Positions 26,586-34,450 of a stretch of 39,065 nucleotides of DNA are shown here, piece by piece. The notes beneath the pieces were generated by a model, which was given only the letters and a program-made list of their open reading frames with translations, was not told the origin of the DNA and did no database searches. The stretch lies in IMG/VR virus record IMGVR_UViG_3300020045_003955, positions 1-39,065 of that record; one strand, 5' to 3'. Origin of the DNA: a virus (lineage: Duplodnaviria > Caudoviricetes). The position numbers and the translations under genes were made by a program. The first letter of the stretch is position 1. Each line of letters opens with the position of its first letter.

Positions 26586-26586
26586 G

Positions 26587-26730
26587 ATGGATATTACTAA
26601 GAAAATAAGGGCAATAGAGCTTCGCATAGACAGTTTAAACAGCCGAGGTTTTAAGCAAAAGAAAGAAACCCAAGAGGCTCTGGACGCGATTAAGCAACAT
26701 TGCTGCGATATATTGGACAGCGTGAAATGA
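26587..26730 (+). CDS. Hypothetical 47-aa protein
   Basis: Fills the gap; TGA overlaps the next ATG. Confidence 0.5.
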   Translation: MDITKKIRAIELRIDSLNSRGFKQKKETQEALDAIKQHCCDILDSVK

Positions 26731-26987
26731 CAAACACAATGGATAAAATAACGCAGATGCCAGAAAAGTTATACACTTTCTTTAACCCACCAGCGGCGTA
26801 CGAAACCTATGATGTTAGCTACGACGGGTCAACAGAATACCACCACAACGACACAGTCGAAGCCCTCCACACCCAACTAGAAGCGATGGCGTACGCCTTG
26901 AAGGTAGCGCACGATATTTTGGCCAGAGAAGGCTACGGCACTGCGGCTGGGATAGTTTACAACGCAATACCAGAGCAATTTAAGTAG
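26727..26987 (+). CDS. Hypothetical protein
   Basis: Start at ATG 26727; MPEKLY...TEYHH motif. Confidence 0.6.
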   Translation: MTNTMDKITQMPEKLYTFFNPPAAYETYDVSYDGSTEYHHNDTVEALHTQLEAMAYALKVAHDILAREGYGTAAGIVYNAIPEQFK

Positions 26988-26994
26988 ACAATGG

Positions 26995-27023
26995 TTGACG
27001 GAGATAAAACTAATGTATAATAT
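26995..27023 (+). promoter_or_regulatory. Sigma70-like promoter of the NUMOD4-HNH cassette
   Basis: TTGACG-17-TAATAT (overlapping TATAAT); predicted +1 near 27030, at the first leader hairpin. Confidence 0.6.
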
Positions 27024-27030
27024 AGACAAA

Positions 27031-27107
27031 ATGGAATTGCGCTCCATCAACCCTTTATACAGTCTATTCACGGCGCAATCGTGGATAGGCTCTGTAAAGG
27101 GTTTTTT
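27031..27107 (+). ncRNA. Kissing-loop double-hairpin leader RNA
   Basis: AUGGA-[AUUGCGC]-UCCAU and a 22-24 bp stem (27049-27103) with loop GCGCAAU. The loops are exact 7-nt complements; the stem has three G-U pairs, buries the SD and ends in U6. Confidence 0.75.
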
Positions 27108-27108
27108 A

Positions 27109-27615
27109 ATGGAAGAAATTTGGAAGCCAGTTGTTGGGTATGAACAGCTCTATGAAGTTTCAACACTAGGTAATATGCGTAGAGCGAATGGTAGAATTCT
27201 AAATCCAGTAACCACCACCAAGGGATACAAGCGCATAGGTTTAAATAAAAATAGGAAAGCCTCATACTTTTCTGTCCACTCTCTAGTAATGCGTGTTTTT
27301 ATTGGCGAAAGACCAAGCGGGGCGATAATTAGGCATATAAATGGAAAGCCATCAGACAATAGATTGACTAATTTGGCATACGGCACACACAAGGAAAATG
27401 CAGACGATAAAAAACTCCACGGCACAGTCCCGACTGGTGAAAAGCATCATAATACAACATTAACACGAGAAGATGTTGATAATATTAAGAAGTTATACGT
27501 ATTTGGAGATGCGAATTTAGGTAGTCGCGGACTAGGTAAAATGTTTGGTGTGAACCAAATGACAATTTTACGAATTGTTAAACAAACGACATGGAATTAT
27601 GAGGCCACAAAATGA
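27109..27615 (+). CDS. NUMOD4-HNH homing endonuclease
   Basis: EIWKPVVGYEQLYEVSTLGNMR (NUMOD4), VHSLV..F..IRHINGKPSDNRLTNLAYGTHKEN (HNH_3), GEKHHNTTLT and a C-terminal HTH. Confidence 0.92.
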   Translation: MEEIWKPVVGYEQLYEVSTLGNMRRANGRILNPVTTTKGYKRIGLNKNRKASYFSVHSLVMRVFIGERPSGAIIRHINGKPSDNRLTNLAYGTHKENADDKKLHGTVPTGEKHHNTTLTREDVDNIKKLYVFGDANLGSRGLGKMFGVNQMTILRIVKQTTWNYEATK

Positions 27616-27986
27616 CATTCCAACTCAACGAATCAAGCATAGACAAATGGTTTAAGACCCGTGACGGGCGCAAGGTGAAGTGTGTTTATCGCTACAGTGA
27701 TAATAAAGTTAGTGACGGTATTGGAGAGTCTGGCTACGCGTTTTACTGCCCTAATCACTTCACCTGTTTTCATGTACAGGCTGATGGATGTGTACGCAGC
27801 CAAGATCGTGAATGGGCATATGACCGCGACATCATCTCCATCTGGCACGAGCCTATCGAACGGGAGGTTACTGTTTATTTGTGGGATAACGGTCTTGTAA
27901 CCCTGAATCCAAATTCTGGTTGGACGATAGAAACACAGATAGCTTCCACCAAGGTTAAGCTGATAGAGGGGACGTTTGCTCAATGA
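27612..27986 (+). CDS. Hypothetical protein
   Basis: 124 aa, FKTRDGRKV motif; ATGA-coupled. Confidence 0.7.
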   Translation: MTFQLNESSIDKWFKTRDGRKVKCVYRYSDNKVSDGIGESGYAFYCPNHFTCFHVQADGCVRSQDREWAYDRDIISIWHEPIEREVTVYLWDNGLVTLNPNSGWTIETQIASTKVKLIEGTFAQ

Positions 27987-28096
27987 CTGATGATGAAGTG
28001 CTACTTTTTTTATTTTATGATTTTCTCATGGCGCAGAAACCTTGCCCACCTGAATTTCAATTAACACACGAACAATGGATGGAGTGCTTAGCATGA
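27983..28096 (+). CDS. Hypothetical 37-aa protein
   Basis: ATGA-coupled at both ends. Confidence 0.5.
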   Translation: MTDDEVLLFLFYDFLMAQKPCPPEFQLTHEQWMECLA

Positions 28097-28413
28097 CCAA
28101 GTTTGATTTTAAGGGTGCTTATGATGATGCGCCCACGTCTGGGAAAGTCAGCAGCTATGGCACAGAAGAATGGGCTATAGAGCACAAAGCAACAATTATT
28201 TCCGCCCTCCGCCTCGCCGCCCGTGTTCAGTCTGGGGAATTGGTTGTTGTTCCTAGGGAGCCGACAGAGGATACACTTGAGCGTATGTGGGATATCATGT
28301 GCAGTAATATGCACGGCGATGGTAACGGCGGGATGGAGGTCATGCCAGAGACAGAACTAAAGATATATAGCGCCATGCTCGCAGCCGCACCGAAACACGA
28401 TTGGAGTGAATGA
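28093..28413 (+). CDS. Hypothetical protein
   Basis: VVVPREPT...IYSAMLAAAP motif common in phage accessory genes; start ATG 28093, SD ggag. Confidence 0.7.
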   Translation: MTKFDFKGAYDDAPTSGKVSSYGTEEWAIEHKATIISALRLAARVQSGELVVVPREPTEDTLERMWDIMCSNMHGDGNGGMEVMPETELKIYSAMLAAAPKHDWSE

Positions 28414-28568
28414 TGACCGAAGAATATAAATGTGATGACTGCGGTAAGTTCTGCGCAAAGCATCACCTTTACAAATACGATGACGACCGCGTTTGCAGAG
28501 AATGCTTTAACGAGATTATTGACAGACAAGATGAAGACGATTTTGACAGCGTTATGGAGAGAAGATGA
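28410..28568 (+). CDS. Small zinc-finger protein, 52 aa
   Basis: CDDC...CREC; coupled at both ends. Confidence 0.6.
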   Translation: MMTEEYKCDDCGKFCAKHHLYKYDDDRVCRECFNEIIDRQDEDDFDSVMERR

Positions 28569-28918
28569 TGACCGATATAAATAAACAGGCTTTGTTGGAC
28601 ACCGACAGGATACAGGCATATTTAGGCGCAGACAGAGACATTCCGCAAGTTTACATTGACGGTTTTAGAAATATCCGCGCAGCCCTAACCCAGCCAAGCG
28701 CGTGGCAGCCAATCGACACGGCTCCTAGGGATGGGACTATGTTTTTAGCTATAAAGGCAGAGTTTCTGGAAACATTATCACCGTTCGGTGGATATTTTTG
28801 TGCATATTGGAATGAAGGCGCGAAAGAGTTCTATTATTCAAGGGATCGCTCTTGTTGTAATTTATCACACTGGATGCCACTCCCAAAACCCCCTGTGGAT
28901 GTGAAAGGTGTGAAATAA
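28565..28918 (+). CDS. DUF551-like protein
   Basis: WQPIDTAPRDGT...SHWMPLPKPP. Confidence 0.8.
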   Translation: MMTDINKQALLDTDRIQAYLGADRDIPQVYIDGFRNIRAALTQPSAWQPIDTAPRDGTMFLAIKAEFLETLSPFGGYFCAYWNEGAKEFYYSRDRSCCNLSHWMPLPKPPVDVKGVK

Positions 28919-29160
28919 TGTACGCCCAATACAGAATTAACATAAGAAAAGGCGACGTCTGGAAGACAAAGCCAAACATCATCGAGCAATTGGACGGAAA
29001 AGTTTTTACACTCGCTGAAGGGTGGGAAATCACCAGCGATGACAGCACCATTTATGCCGGCGAAAAAGCGATGGTGTTTCATAAAAAACATTGTGATGAC
29101 GTTGATATATCTTGGATCGCCAGCGGTGATTGTGAATTAATTGAGGAGAAAACAAAATAA
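28918..29160 (+). CDS. Hypothetical protein
   Basis: 80 aa, TAATG coupling. Confidence 0.65.
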   Translation: MYAQYRINIRKGDVWKTKPNIIEQLDGKVFTLAEGWEITSDDSTIYAGEKAMVFHKKHCDDVDISWIASGDCELIEEKTK

Positions 29161-29486
29161 TGGATATGCCTGAAAAAATATGGGTAACGATTGCAGATGA
29201 ACACCCGCACCCTGACACTGATTTACCGCCACCACTCTTTGCTGAATACAACGAGTATGGCGGCCATACAAAGTTCATCCGCGCCGATGCTGGAACCGTG
29301 CTGCCGGAGTTGCCAGAAAAACTAGCTAAAAAATATGAATGGCATTGTATTGAGTTTTACGGCGTGAACTGGGTAGCCTCTTTGCACGACAATGAAACAG
29401 GGAAGATCATTCAAAGTGAACTTTTCCCCACCCCACGCGCCGCAGCCGAAGACGCGATTGCAAAGATAGGAGAAAATAATGGATAA
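29160..29486 (+). CDS. Hypothetical protein
   Basis: 108 aa, MPEKIW...KFIRAD motif; SD gaggag. Confidence 0.7.
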   Translation: MDMPEKIWVTIADEHPHPDTDLPPPLFAEYNEYGGHTKFIRADAGTVLPELPEKLAKKYEWHCIEFYGVNWVASLHDNETGKIIQSELFPTPRAAAEDAIAKIGENNG

Positions 29487-30135
29487 CCAAATAACTGCGG
29501 ATGAGTTGCGTGAAAACATAATTAAAGAACATGAGGTCGTTCCGTGCGATAGAGCTTTGGAGAATTATATATTCCCAATTAAAAGGCTTGTCATACTGAA
29601 TAAAGCCGCTTGCGCACACCTCGCCACCCTTGACGCACAACCCACCCCAGAACCCATAGACCAGCGCACGGCATACGCAGAAGGCTATAACGAGGGCGTC
29701 CAGCGTGATCGTGAGGCGGGGGTTTATGCGGATACCGTGGCAGAACCCATAACCGAGGGGGATTGGCAGAAATACGCAGAAACGCTAGTTCAGCAACTGA
29801 ATGATCCTACTGACAGTTACGCGACCGATATTCGAGTCATGGCAAAGTTCGCTGATGAAGCTTTCCGCGCCACGAAAACAAACGATGTTAACGACATTAA
29901 TGTCGCCGACATGCCGCAAGCCGTTGATAAACAAAAGAACACTACTGGCATAACGGATTGGGATAAGATTGAAATTGCCAAAGCTATCTGCGCTTATATT
30001 CAAGAGCATGGCGACACGATCATCGCAAGACGACACTATGATGATGTTTATGATGGATGCATGGCGGTACTTAGCGCCACCCAAAAACCAGATAACCTAA
30101 CCCCACTAGACAGATACCATACAGGTGAAAAATGA
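29479..30135 (+). CDS. Hypothetical protein
   Basis: 218 aa, SD aggag; mosaic accessory protein. Confidence 0.7.
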   Translation: MDNQITADELRENIIKEHEVVPCDRALENYIFPIKRLVILNKAACAHLATLDAQPTPEPIDQRTAYAEGYNEGVQRDREAGVYADTVAEPITEGDWQKYAETLVQQLNDPTDSYATDIRVMAKFADEAFRATKTNDVNDINVADMPQAVDKQKNTTGITDWDKIEIAKAICAYIQEHGDTIIARRHYDDVYDGCMAVLSATQKPDNLTPLDRYHTGEK

Positions 30136-30398
30136 AAAAACAATGTTGTGAAATTACAGACATGGAAACCTGCGCCGCTATGGACCATACGGGGCATTTT
30201 CACTGGTGCAAGTATCACCCATCAAATAGTATGGCTAGAAAAATAGTTAAATACTGCTCCACCGAACCCAAAACCCGCCAACAAATCATGTGGCATCTTG
30301 AGTACAAATCCACCCGTTACATGCAAGTCATCCTGAAAAAGCTAGTCGATAGCGGTGATTTGGCGTGTGAAAATAATTATTATTTTGCGGGTCGATGA
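30132..30398 (+). CDS. Hypothetical protein with possible winged-HTH C-terminus
   Basis: YCSTEPKTRQQIMWHL..KSTRYM..ILKKLVDSGDL. Confidence 0.6.
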   Translation: MKKQCCEITDMETCAAMDHTGHFHWCKYHPSNSMARKIVKYCSTEPKTRQQIMWHLEYKSTRYMQVILKKLVDSGDLACENNYYFAGR

Positions 30399-30691
30399 TG
30401 CGAATAGAGATTTTCAAAGTTGGTGATGAATACGGCGTCAGAAGAGTATACTTCTTTGGGTTAATTAAAGGGACTGGTTGGTTTGACCTTACCTCAAGAG
30501 CGTCTGTTTGGCACAGCCAGCCTTTTAAAAGGATATTTTGTCTTGGAACACTTGCGCAGGCTGAACGTGTGGCACAAAGAGAAAAGGGTTGTTCAAATCC
30601 TGTTCACCGCAAGTATTTTAAAAAACATGTTGACACACATACGCAAATCGTGCATACTGCTTTTTATCCAAGGAAAGGGACCAATAAATGA
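30395..30691 (+). CDS. Hypothetical protein
   Basis: 98 aa; the 3' part overlaps promoter cassette C. Confidence 0.5.
   Translation: MMRIEIFKVGDEYGVRRVYFFGLIKGTGWFDLTSRASVWHSQPFKRIFCLGTLAQAERVAQREKGCSNPVHRKYFKKHVDTHTQIVHTAFYPRKGTNK
30630..30686 (+). promoter_or_regulatory. Early promoter cassette C
   Basis: TTGACA-17-CATACT, spacer motif TACGCaaatcGTGCA, leader TTATCCAAGGAAAGGGA identical to 18903-18919. Confidence 0.75.
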
Positions 30692-31050
30692 GCTACATAC
30701 ATAATCCATTCGCCGAACTACCATCAAACGAAGAAGACATTGAATCCATGCAATCCGCTGCGGGGGATGTTGAGTTCTTTTTTGAGGATGATTCGTTCTC
30801 GGCGGCTGTAAAGGTTCTTGAGAATGTAATTTATAATTCGCGTGGTGTTTATGACATTTTAAACGAAAGCACAAACTCGGATGATAATAACTTTGAGTGC
30901 ATGTTGTTTGATTTGAAAAAACATTATCAGAGCATCAAAACCGAAACCCTAAAAAACATCCAAGGCCACGAAGAATGGCTACAAAACGCGCAGGACGCTA
31001 AAAAAGAAGCCGCTGATTTGCGTGCTGATTATTATGCGAGTGTGTTGTGA
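30688..31050 (+). CDS. Hypothetical acidic early protein
   Basis: 120 aa, acidic, SD aggaaaggg, first gene after cassette C. Confidence 0.75.
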   Translation: MSYIHNPFAELPSNEEDIESMQSAAGDVEFFFEDDSFSAAVKVLENVIYNSRGVYDILNESTNSDDNNFECMLFDLKKHYQSIKTETLKNIQGHEEWLQNAQDAKKEAADLRADYYASVL

Positions 31051-31208
31051 TGGACAGAGATTTTGACTTCTTCATATTCTGTGTGCTATTTATTTTGGGG
31101 AGCACTTCCTTCGCTTTATTAGTGGTCAATAGCGACATGAAAGATAAAATAAAGACAATCTGCTTAATTGCAGAAATTAAAGAATACGCCATAAGGGAAT
31201 GCCAGTGA
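31050..31208 (+). CDS. Small membrane protein, 52 aa
   Basis: TGATG coupling; hydrophobic FFIFCVLFILGSTSFALLVV. Confidence 0.5.
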   Translation: MDRDFDFFIFCVLFILGSTSFALLVVNSDMKDKIKTICLIAEIKEYAIRECQ

Positions 31209-31314
31209 TTATCTCATTATATTTCAACCGAGCCAAGATGCTTGACAGCAAGTACTGGATATTTAAACAACAAACGAAAAAGGCTGCGTGATGAACCCGC
31301 AAAAAGGAAAGACA

Positions 31315-31458
31315 ATGAACCTTACAATCATACTAACCGCCGTTTTAACAATGGCAATTGCAGGGGCTGGCGTTTGGGTCGGTCGGCTGACTTTACCAGA
31401 AAACACAACGTGCTTTGGGCAAATGGGTATACTTCCAGACAAAGAGGTTACGGAATGA
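31315..31458 (+). CDS. Small membrane protein, 47 aa
   Basis: SD aggaaag; MNLTIILTAVLTMAIAGAGVWVG; TGA overlaps the next ATG. Confidence 0.55.
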   Translation: MNLTIILTAVLTMAIAGAGVWVGRLTLPENTTCFGQMGILPDKEVTE

Positions 31459-31778
31459 CCGATAAAATCATCAGATGGGATAAGTACTACGCCGCCCGTC
31501 AAGTAACGCTTGAGGACATGTCAAGCATGGAGTACTGCCGAAGGGCAAAAGAGCAACTGAACGGGCTTTGCAAACCCACGCTAAGCGACAGGGCGCAATT
31601 TAACGCCCGTTATGAATACGTGTACAATCTTGACCAGTTGGAGAGCTGCGAAAGACGCATGAAGGACCTAACCGAACAACAATGCAACATAGACTTTTAT
31701 CAAATGCTCATGGCTAACAAACATATGACAGTGAAAGAGTTTCTGGAAATATACAAAGAAAGCAGACGGGTGAAATGA
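31455..31778 (+). CDS. Hypothetical protein
   Basis: Start at ATG 31455 with SD gaggt. Confidence 0.65.
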   Translation: MTDKIIRWDKYYAARQVTLEDMSSMEYCRRAKEQLNGLCKPTLSDRAQFNARYEYVYNLDQLESCERRMKDLTEQQCNIDFYQMLMANKHMTVKEFLEIYKESRRVK

Positions 31779-32386
31779 TTTGGAAACCTGAATACATAGA
31801 GCGCCTGAGAGAACTAGCGCCAACCGTCCAGTCATACGCAGAAGCCGTTAAGAAAATGGCCCCAGTACTAGGCAAAACAGTCACCGAAGGAAATCTACGA
31901 TATATCGTAAAGCGCAATAAAATTGTCTTTAAACTGATAGACGAGCGCGAAAAGGTAAAATCCGATAACTGGACGCCTGAGATTGTAGAGCGGTTAAAAG
32001 AGCTTGTTCTGGCCCGTAAAGCAACATCTTCCATGATAGCCGCCCAGATTAACAAAGAGTTTGACAAAAATATAACTTCTAAGGCTTTGATTGGTAAGGT
32101 TTACCGTTTAGGGCTTACAATCGGTGAAACCGTGCCGCATAGCACACGGGTCCAAGGTAAAAAGAAAACCAAGAAAAGGCTAATTCCCCGAGACTTGGTA
32201 GATCGTACTGATATGCTCAGTGTGCCACTTCTCGACCTAACAAGAATCCAATGCGCTTGGCCTATTAACGGGGCCGCATATGAACCTTGCTCACATTATT
32301 GTGGGCATTCTGTTGTGCAAGGCTCGTCTTTTTGTGAGAATCACCACTATAGAGCTTTTTCCAGATACGAGAACAAGACGGCCTGA
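31775..32386 (+). CDS. gcrA: GcrA-like cell-cycle transcription regulator with duplicated N-terminal domain
   Basis: WTPEIVERLKEL..SSMIAAQI..TSKALIGKVYRLGL and C-terminal LLDLT..CAWPI..YCGH..SSFCENH..AF; extra N-terminal WKPEYIERLREL unit. Confidence 0.9.
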   Translation: MIWKPEYIERLRELAPTVQSYAEAVKKMAPVLGKTVTEGNLRYIVKRNKIVFKLIDEREKVKSDNWTPEIVERLKELVLARKATSSMIAAQINKEFDKNITSKALIGKVYRLGLTIGETVPHSTRVQGKKKTKKRLIPRDLVDRTDMLSVPLLDLTRIQCAWPINGAAYEPCSHYCGHSVVQGSSFCENHHYRAFSRYENKTA

Positions 32387-32401
32387 TTGGAGATTTATCG
32401 C

Positions 32402-32647
32402 TCATTTTAATAACCTTAATGCTGTTTTGAGAAGACGAATAACCTCGTCTTTTTCTTTTTTATGGTTCGTGCAGAAATCCGTCATAAACGCGACCATTTC
32501 ATTCTCGTCCTCATCATAGGTAACCCCTATGAATATCCCAGTAGCATAGCACCCGATACTGTTTGTCAGAATATCATCAATTGTAATCACGTCTTCATCG
32601 GGCCAGTATTCCCTGTTTTTAAAATCAACGTGAATGATTTCTGCCAT
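32402..32647 (-). CDS. Hypothetical protein (probably leaderless)
   Basis: MAEIIHVDFK start; extended -10 TGTTAAACT 7 nt upstream; no SD. Confidence 0.6.
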   Translation of the reverse strand: MAEIIHVDFKNREYWPDEDVITIDDILTNSIGCYATGIFIGVTYDEDENEMVAFMTDFCTNHKKEKDEVIRLLKTALRLLK

Positions 32648-32674
32648 GTGAAAGAGTTTAACACATCCTAAACG

Positions 32675-32698
32675 AAAAAACACCCCAATAAGGGGCGT
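32675..32698 (-). terminator. Intrinsic terminator ending the late operon
   Basis: ACGCCCC-UUAUU-GGGGUGU followed by a U-run. Confidence 0.75.
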
Positions 32699-32719
32699 AA
32701 AGTTTTCGATGGGGTAATG

Positions 32720-32773
32720 AAAAAGCAAGCGGGGAGAAAAAGAACCGGAAAGGAATAAGCTCAACCCGCTTGC
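32720..32773 (-). terminator. Terminator-like hairpin with large pyrimidine anti-SD loop
   Basis: GCAAGCGGG...CCCGCUUGC-UUUUU enclosing about 31 nt that include UUCCUUUCCGG. Confidence 0.7.
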
Positions 32774-32774
32774 A

Positions 32775-32894
32775 TCACTTAATATATATGGTCCGCTTTA
32801 ATTCTTCAAGCTCTTTTTTTATCTCGGCGTGCTCAAGCATTAAATTAATAATGTCCTTGCGTATCGTGTCATACATGGCTGGGGTGATTTTCAC
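32775..32894 (-). CDS. Hypothetical 39-aa protein
   Basis: GTGA-coupled to the exonuclease gene; MKITPAMYDTIRKDIINLMLEHAEIKKELEELKRTIYIK. Confidence 0.45.
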   Translation of the reverse strand: MKITPAMYDTIRKDIINLMLEHAEIKKELEELKRTIYIK

Positions 32895-33712
32895 GATATC
32901 ATGTCCGGCCTGATAGACAGGTTTTTTTTATGATAGAACTGGGCCTTGCAATTATTACAATGAAACCGTTGGAATAGTCCCGTCCGTCTTGCCGCCGTTC
33001 CGCGTTTCTGGAAACTATCGGAATTGCAATGCGGGCAAGCCTCGTGATGTTGGTTTTTAATGTACTTGGCAAAGTTAGGGTGGCCCTTAATCCAAGGCTG
33101 CAATTTAAGATAAAGCGCTTCCAAGGCCCTGACGTCCTGCCGACAATACCGTTCACAATCTTTAATTGTTTCGGGGTCGCCTTCCCAGACCTTTCGCCAG
33201 TCGGGGGATTCATCTTTAGCGTCAAGTCCGTAATACCTACAAAGATAACTTAGTGAATGGCTTTCAAGTTTGCTGATTTGCCGCGAAGCCTTTAAGGTGT
33301 CAATCATAACAGGGTCCGTAATTGGATCGAGCCCGTGAGCAATCATTCTGGCCTTGGCGACCTTTAAATCAAATCCATTACCATTGTGAGCAATAGCAAC
33401 GTCCGCTTCGTCAAGTAATTGCCTTAAAACACCTATAACATACCCATCATCGCCCTTGTTTTCTTTGAAACGCTCTTTATCGGCCATTACAGAGGTACTG
33501 GAGATAACATTACTGCCAAGCCACTTCCACGCCAAGCAAACTATTTTTACAGGCTCTGTGACCGATTTATGGGGGAGATAATTTGAGTATTGCTTTAAAG
33601 AATAGGTTTGCATCTCCACGGTGGCAAATCTTGTTTCTATATCGAATAAAAGTACGCGGGGAAGTGCGTAGGCGGGGTTTACTTTCTGCGATATAGAAAT
33701 AGCACCAATCAT
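32891..33712 (-). CDS. DnaQ-like / RNase_H_2 (YprB-like) 3'-5' exonuclease with C-terminal zinc ribbon
   Basis: FDIET (ExoI), AHNGNGFDL (ExoII), YCRQDV (ExoIII), CPHC...CNNC. Confidence 0.85.
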   Translation of the reverse strand: MIGAISISQKVNPAYALPRVLLFDIETRFATVEMQTYSLKQYSNYLPHKSVTEPVKIVCLAWKWLGSNVISSTSVMADKERFKENKGDDGYVIGVLRQLLDEADVAIAHNGNGFDLKVAKARMIAHGLDPITDPVMIDTLKASRQISKLESHSLSYLCRYYGLDAKDESPDWRKVWEGDPETIKDCERYCRQDVRALEALYLKLQPWIKGHPNFAKYIKNQHHEACPHCNSDSFQKRGTAARRTGLFQRFHCNNCKAQFYHKKNLSIRPDMIS

Positions 33713-33779
33713 AGAAACCCTTTTACCACATTTTACGGCTTTAAAATAGCTGAATAAAAAGCCAACATCCAAACGAGCA

Positions 33780-33983
33780 TCATGGCGCCAACACCGAAAA
33801 CCCTTCTACTTCGTAACCCTTGTCAGTTAGATAATCATAAGCTTCCGACATGGCGCAAAATACATTGTCAGCGGATATCCGGCCAATGAGTGAATGGGCA
33901 TGAGTGTCATTTACCCGGGCGATGATATCAAACGCCTCGCTAGGGGATAGTTTGGACGGGATTTGGTAATCGTAGTAGCTCAT
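33780..33983 (-). CDS. Hypothetical protein
   Basis: 67 aa, SD aggaaagg, preceded by hairpin AGGGUAUA..UAUACCCU. Confidence 0.65.
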   Translation of the reverse strand: MSYYDYQIPSKLSPSEAFDIIARVNDTHAHSLIGRISADNVFCAMSEAYDYLTDKGYEVEGFSVLAP

Positions 33984-34029
33984 GTTTGCCTTTCCTAGAG
34001 GGTATATCAGGGTTTTATACCCTGCGGGA

Positions 34030-34230
34030 TTATTCTAATAATGCTTTGCAGTCTTCAACTTTAAACCATAGCGCCGCCATGTATTTTGCGCGCTTTTGTT
34101 CTGTAATTGGGTCGCTAGGCGCTTGCGGTTGTTCGCACAGCCCTGCCGTGTCGTTCGCCGTAACATAACTAGCGCACGCGCTTAATAAAGGCATCAGTAA
34201 GAGTGCCGCACTTAACATCACTAGGCGCAT
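34030..34230 (-). CDS. Rz1: Outer-membrane spanin (lipoprotein)
   Basis: Signal peptide with lipobox LLSAC; overlaps the 3' end of the i-spanin gene. Confidence 0.75.
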   Translation of the reverse strand: MRLVMLSAALLLMPLLSACASYVTANDTAGLCEQPQAPSDPITEQKRAKYMAALWFKVEDCKALLE

Positions 34231-34450
34231 TGTCGATTTCTCCATTTACAGCGTTCAGATTGCGTTGGTTTTGAACGGTTTTTTTTTGAGCCACTTTTGC
34301 TTTCTGGGCCTGAATGGCTTCCATCTCTGTTTTGTGCCGCTTGTATCCAGCCCCGTCACCGAAGTAATGGCCTACGTTGTAGAACACAGCGGCGGAGATT
34401 ATTGCCGCTATTATTGCCGCTATGATGGTTTTTATAGTCCCGATAGACAA
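34169..34450 (-). CDS. Rz: Inner-membrane spanin
   Basis: N-terminal TM helix, periplasmic coiled coil, C-terminal Cys; follows the endolysin. Confidence 0.75.
   Translation of the reverse strand: MSIGTIKTIIAAIIAAIISAAVFYNVGHYFGDGAGYKRHKTEMEAIQAQKAKVAQKKTVQNQRNLNAVNGEIDNAPSDVKCGTLTDAFIKRVR

Noticed and set aside
28001-28030. Possible frameshift at a T-run in the small gene 27983-28096
   Set aside because: On recount the ORF is in frame from ATG to TGA, so no frameshift is needed.
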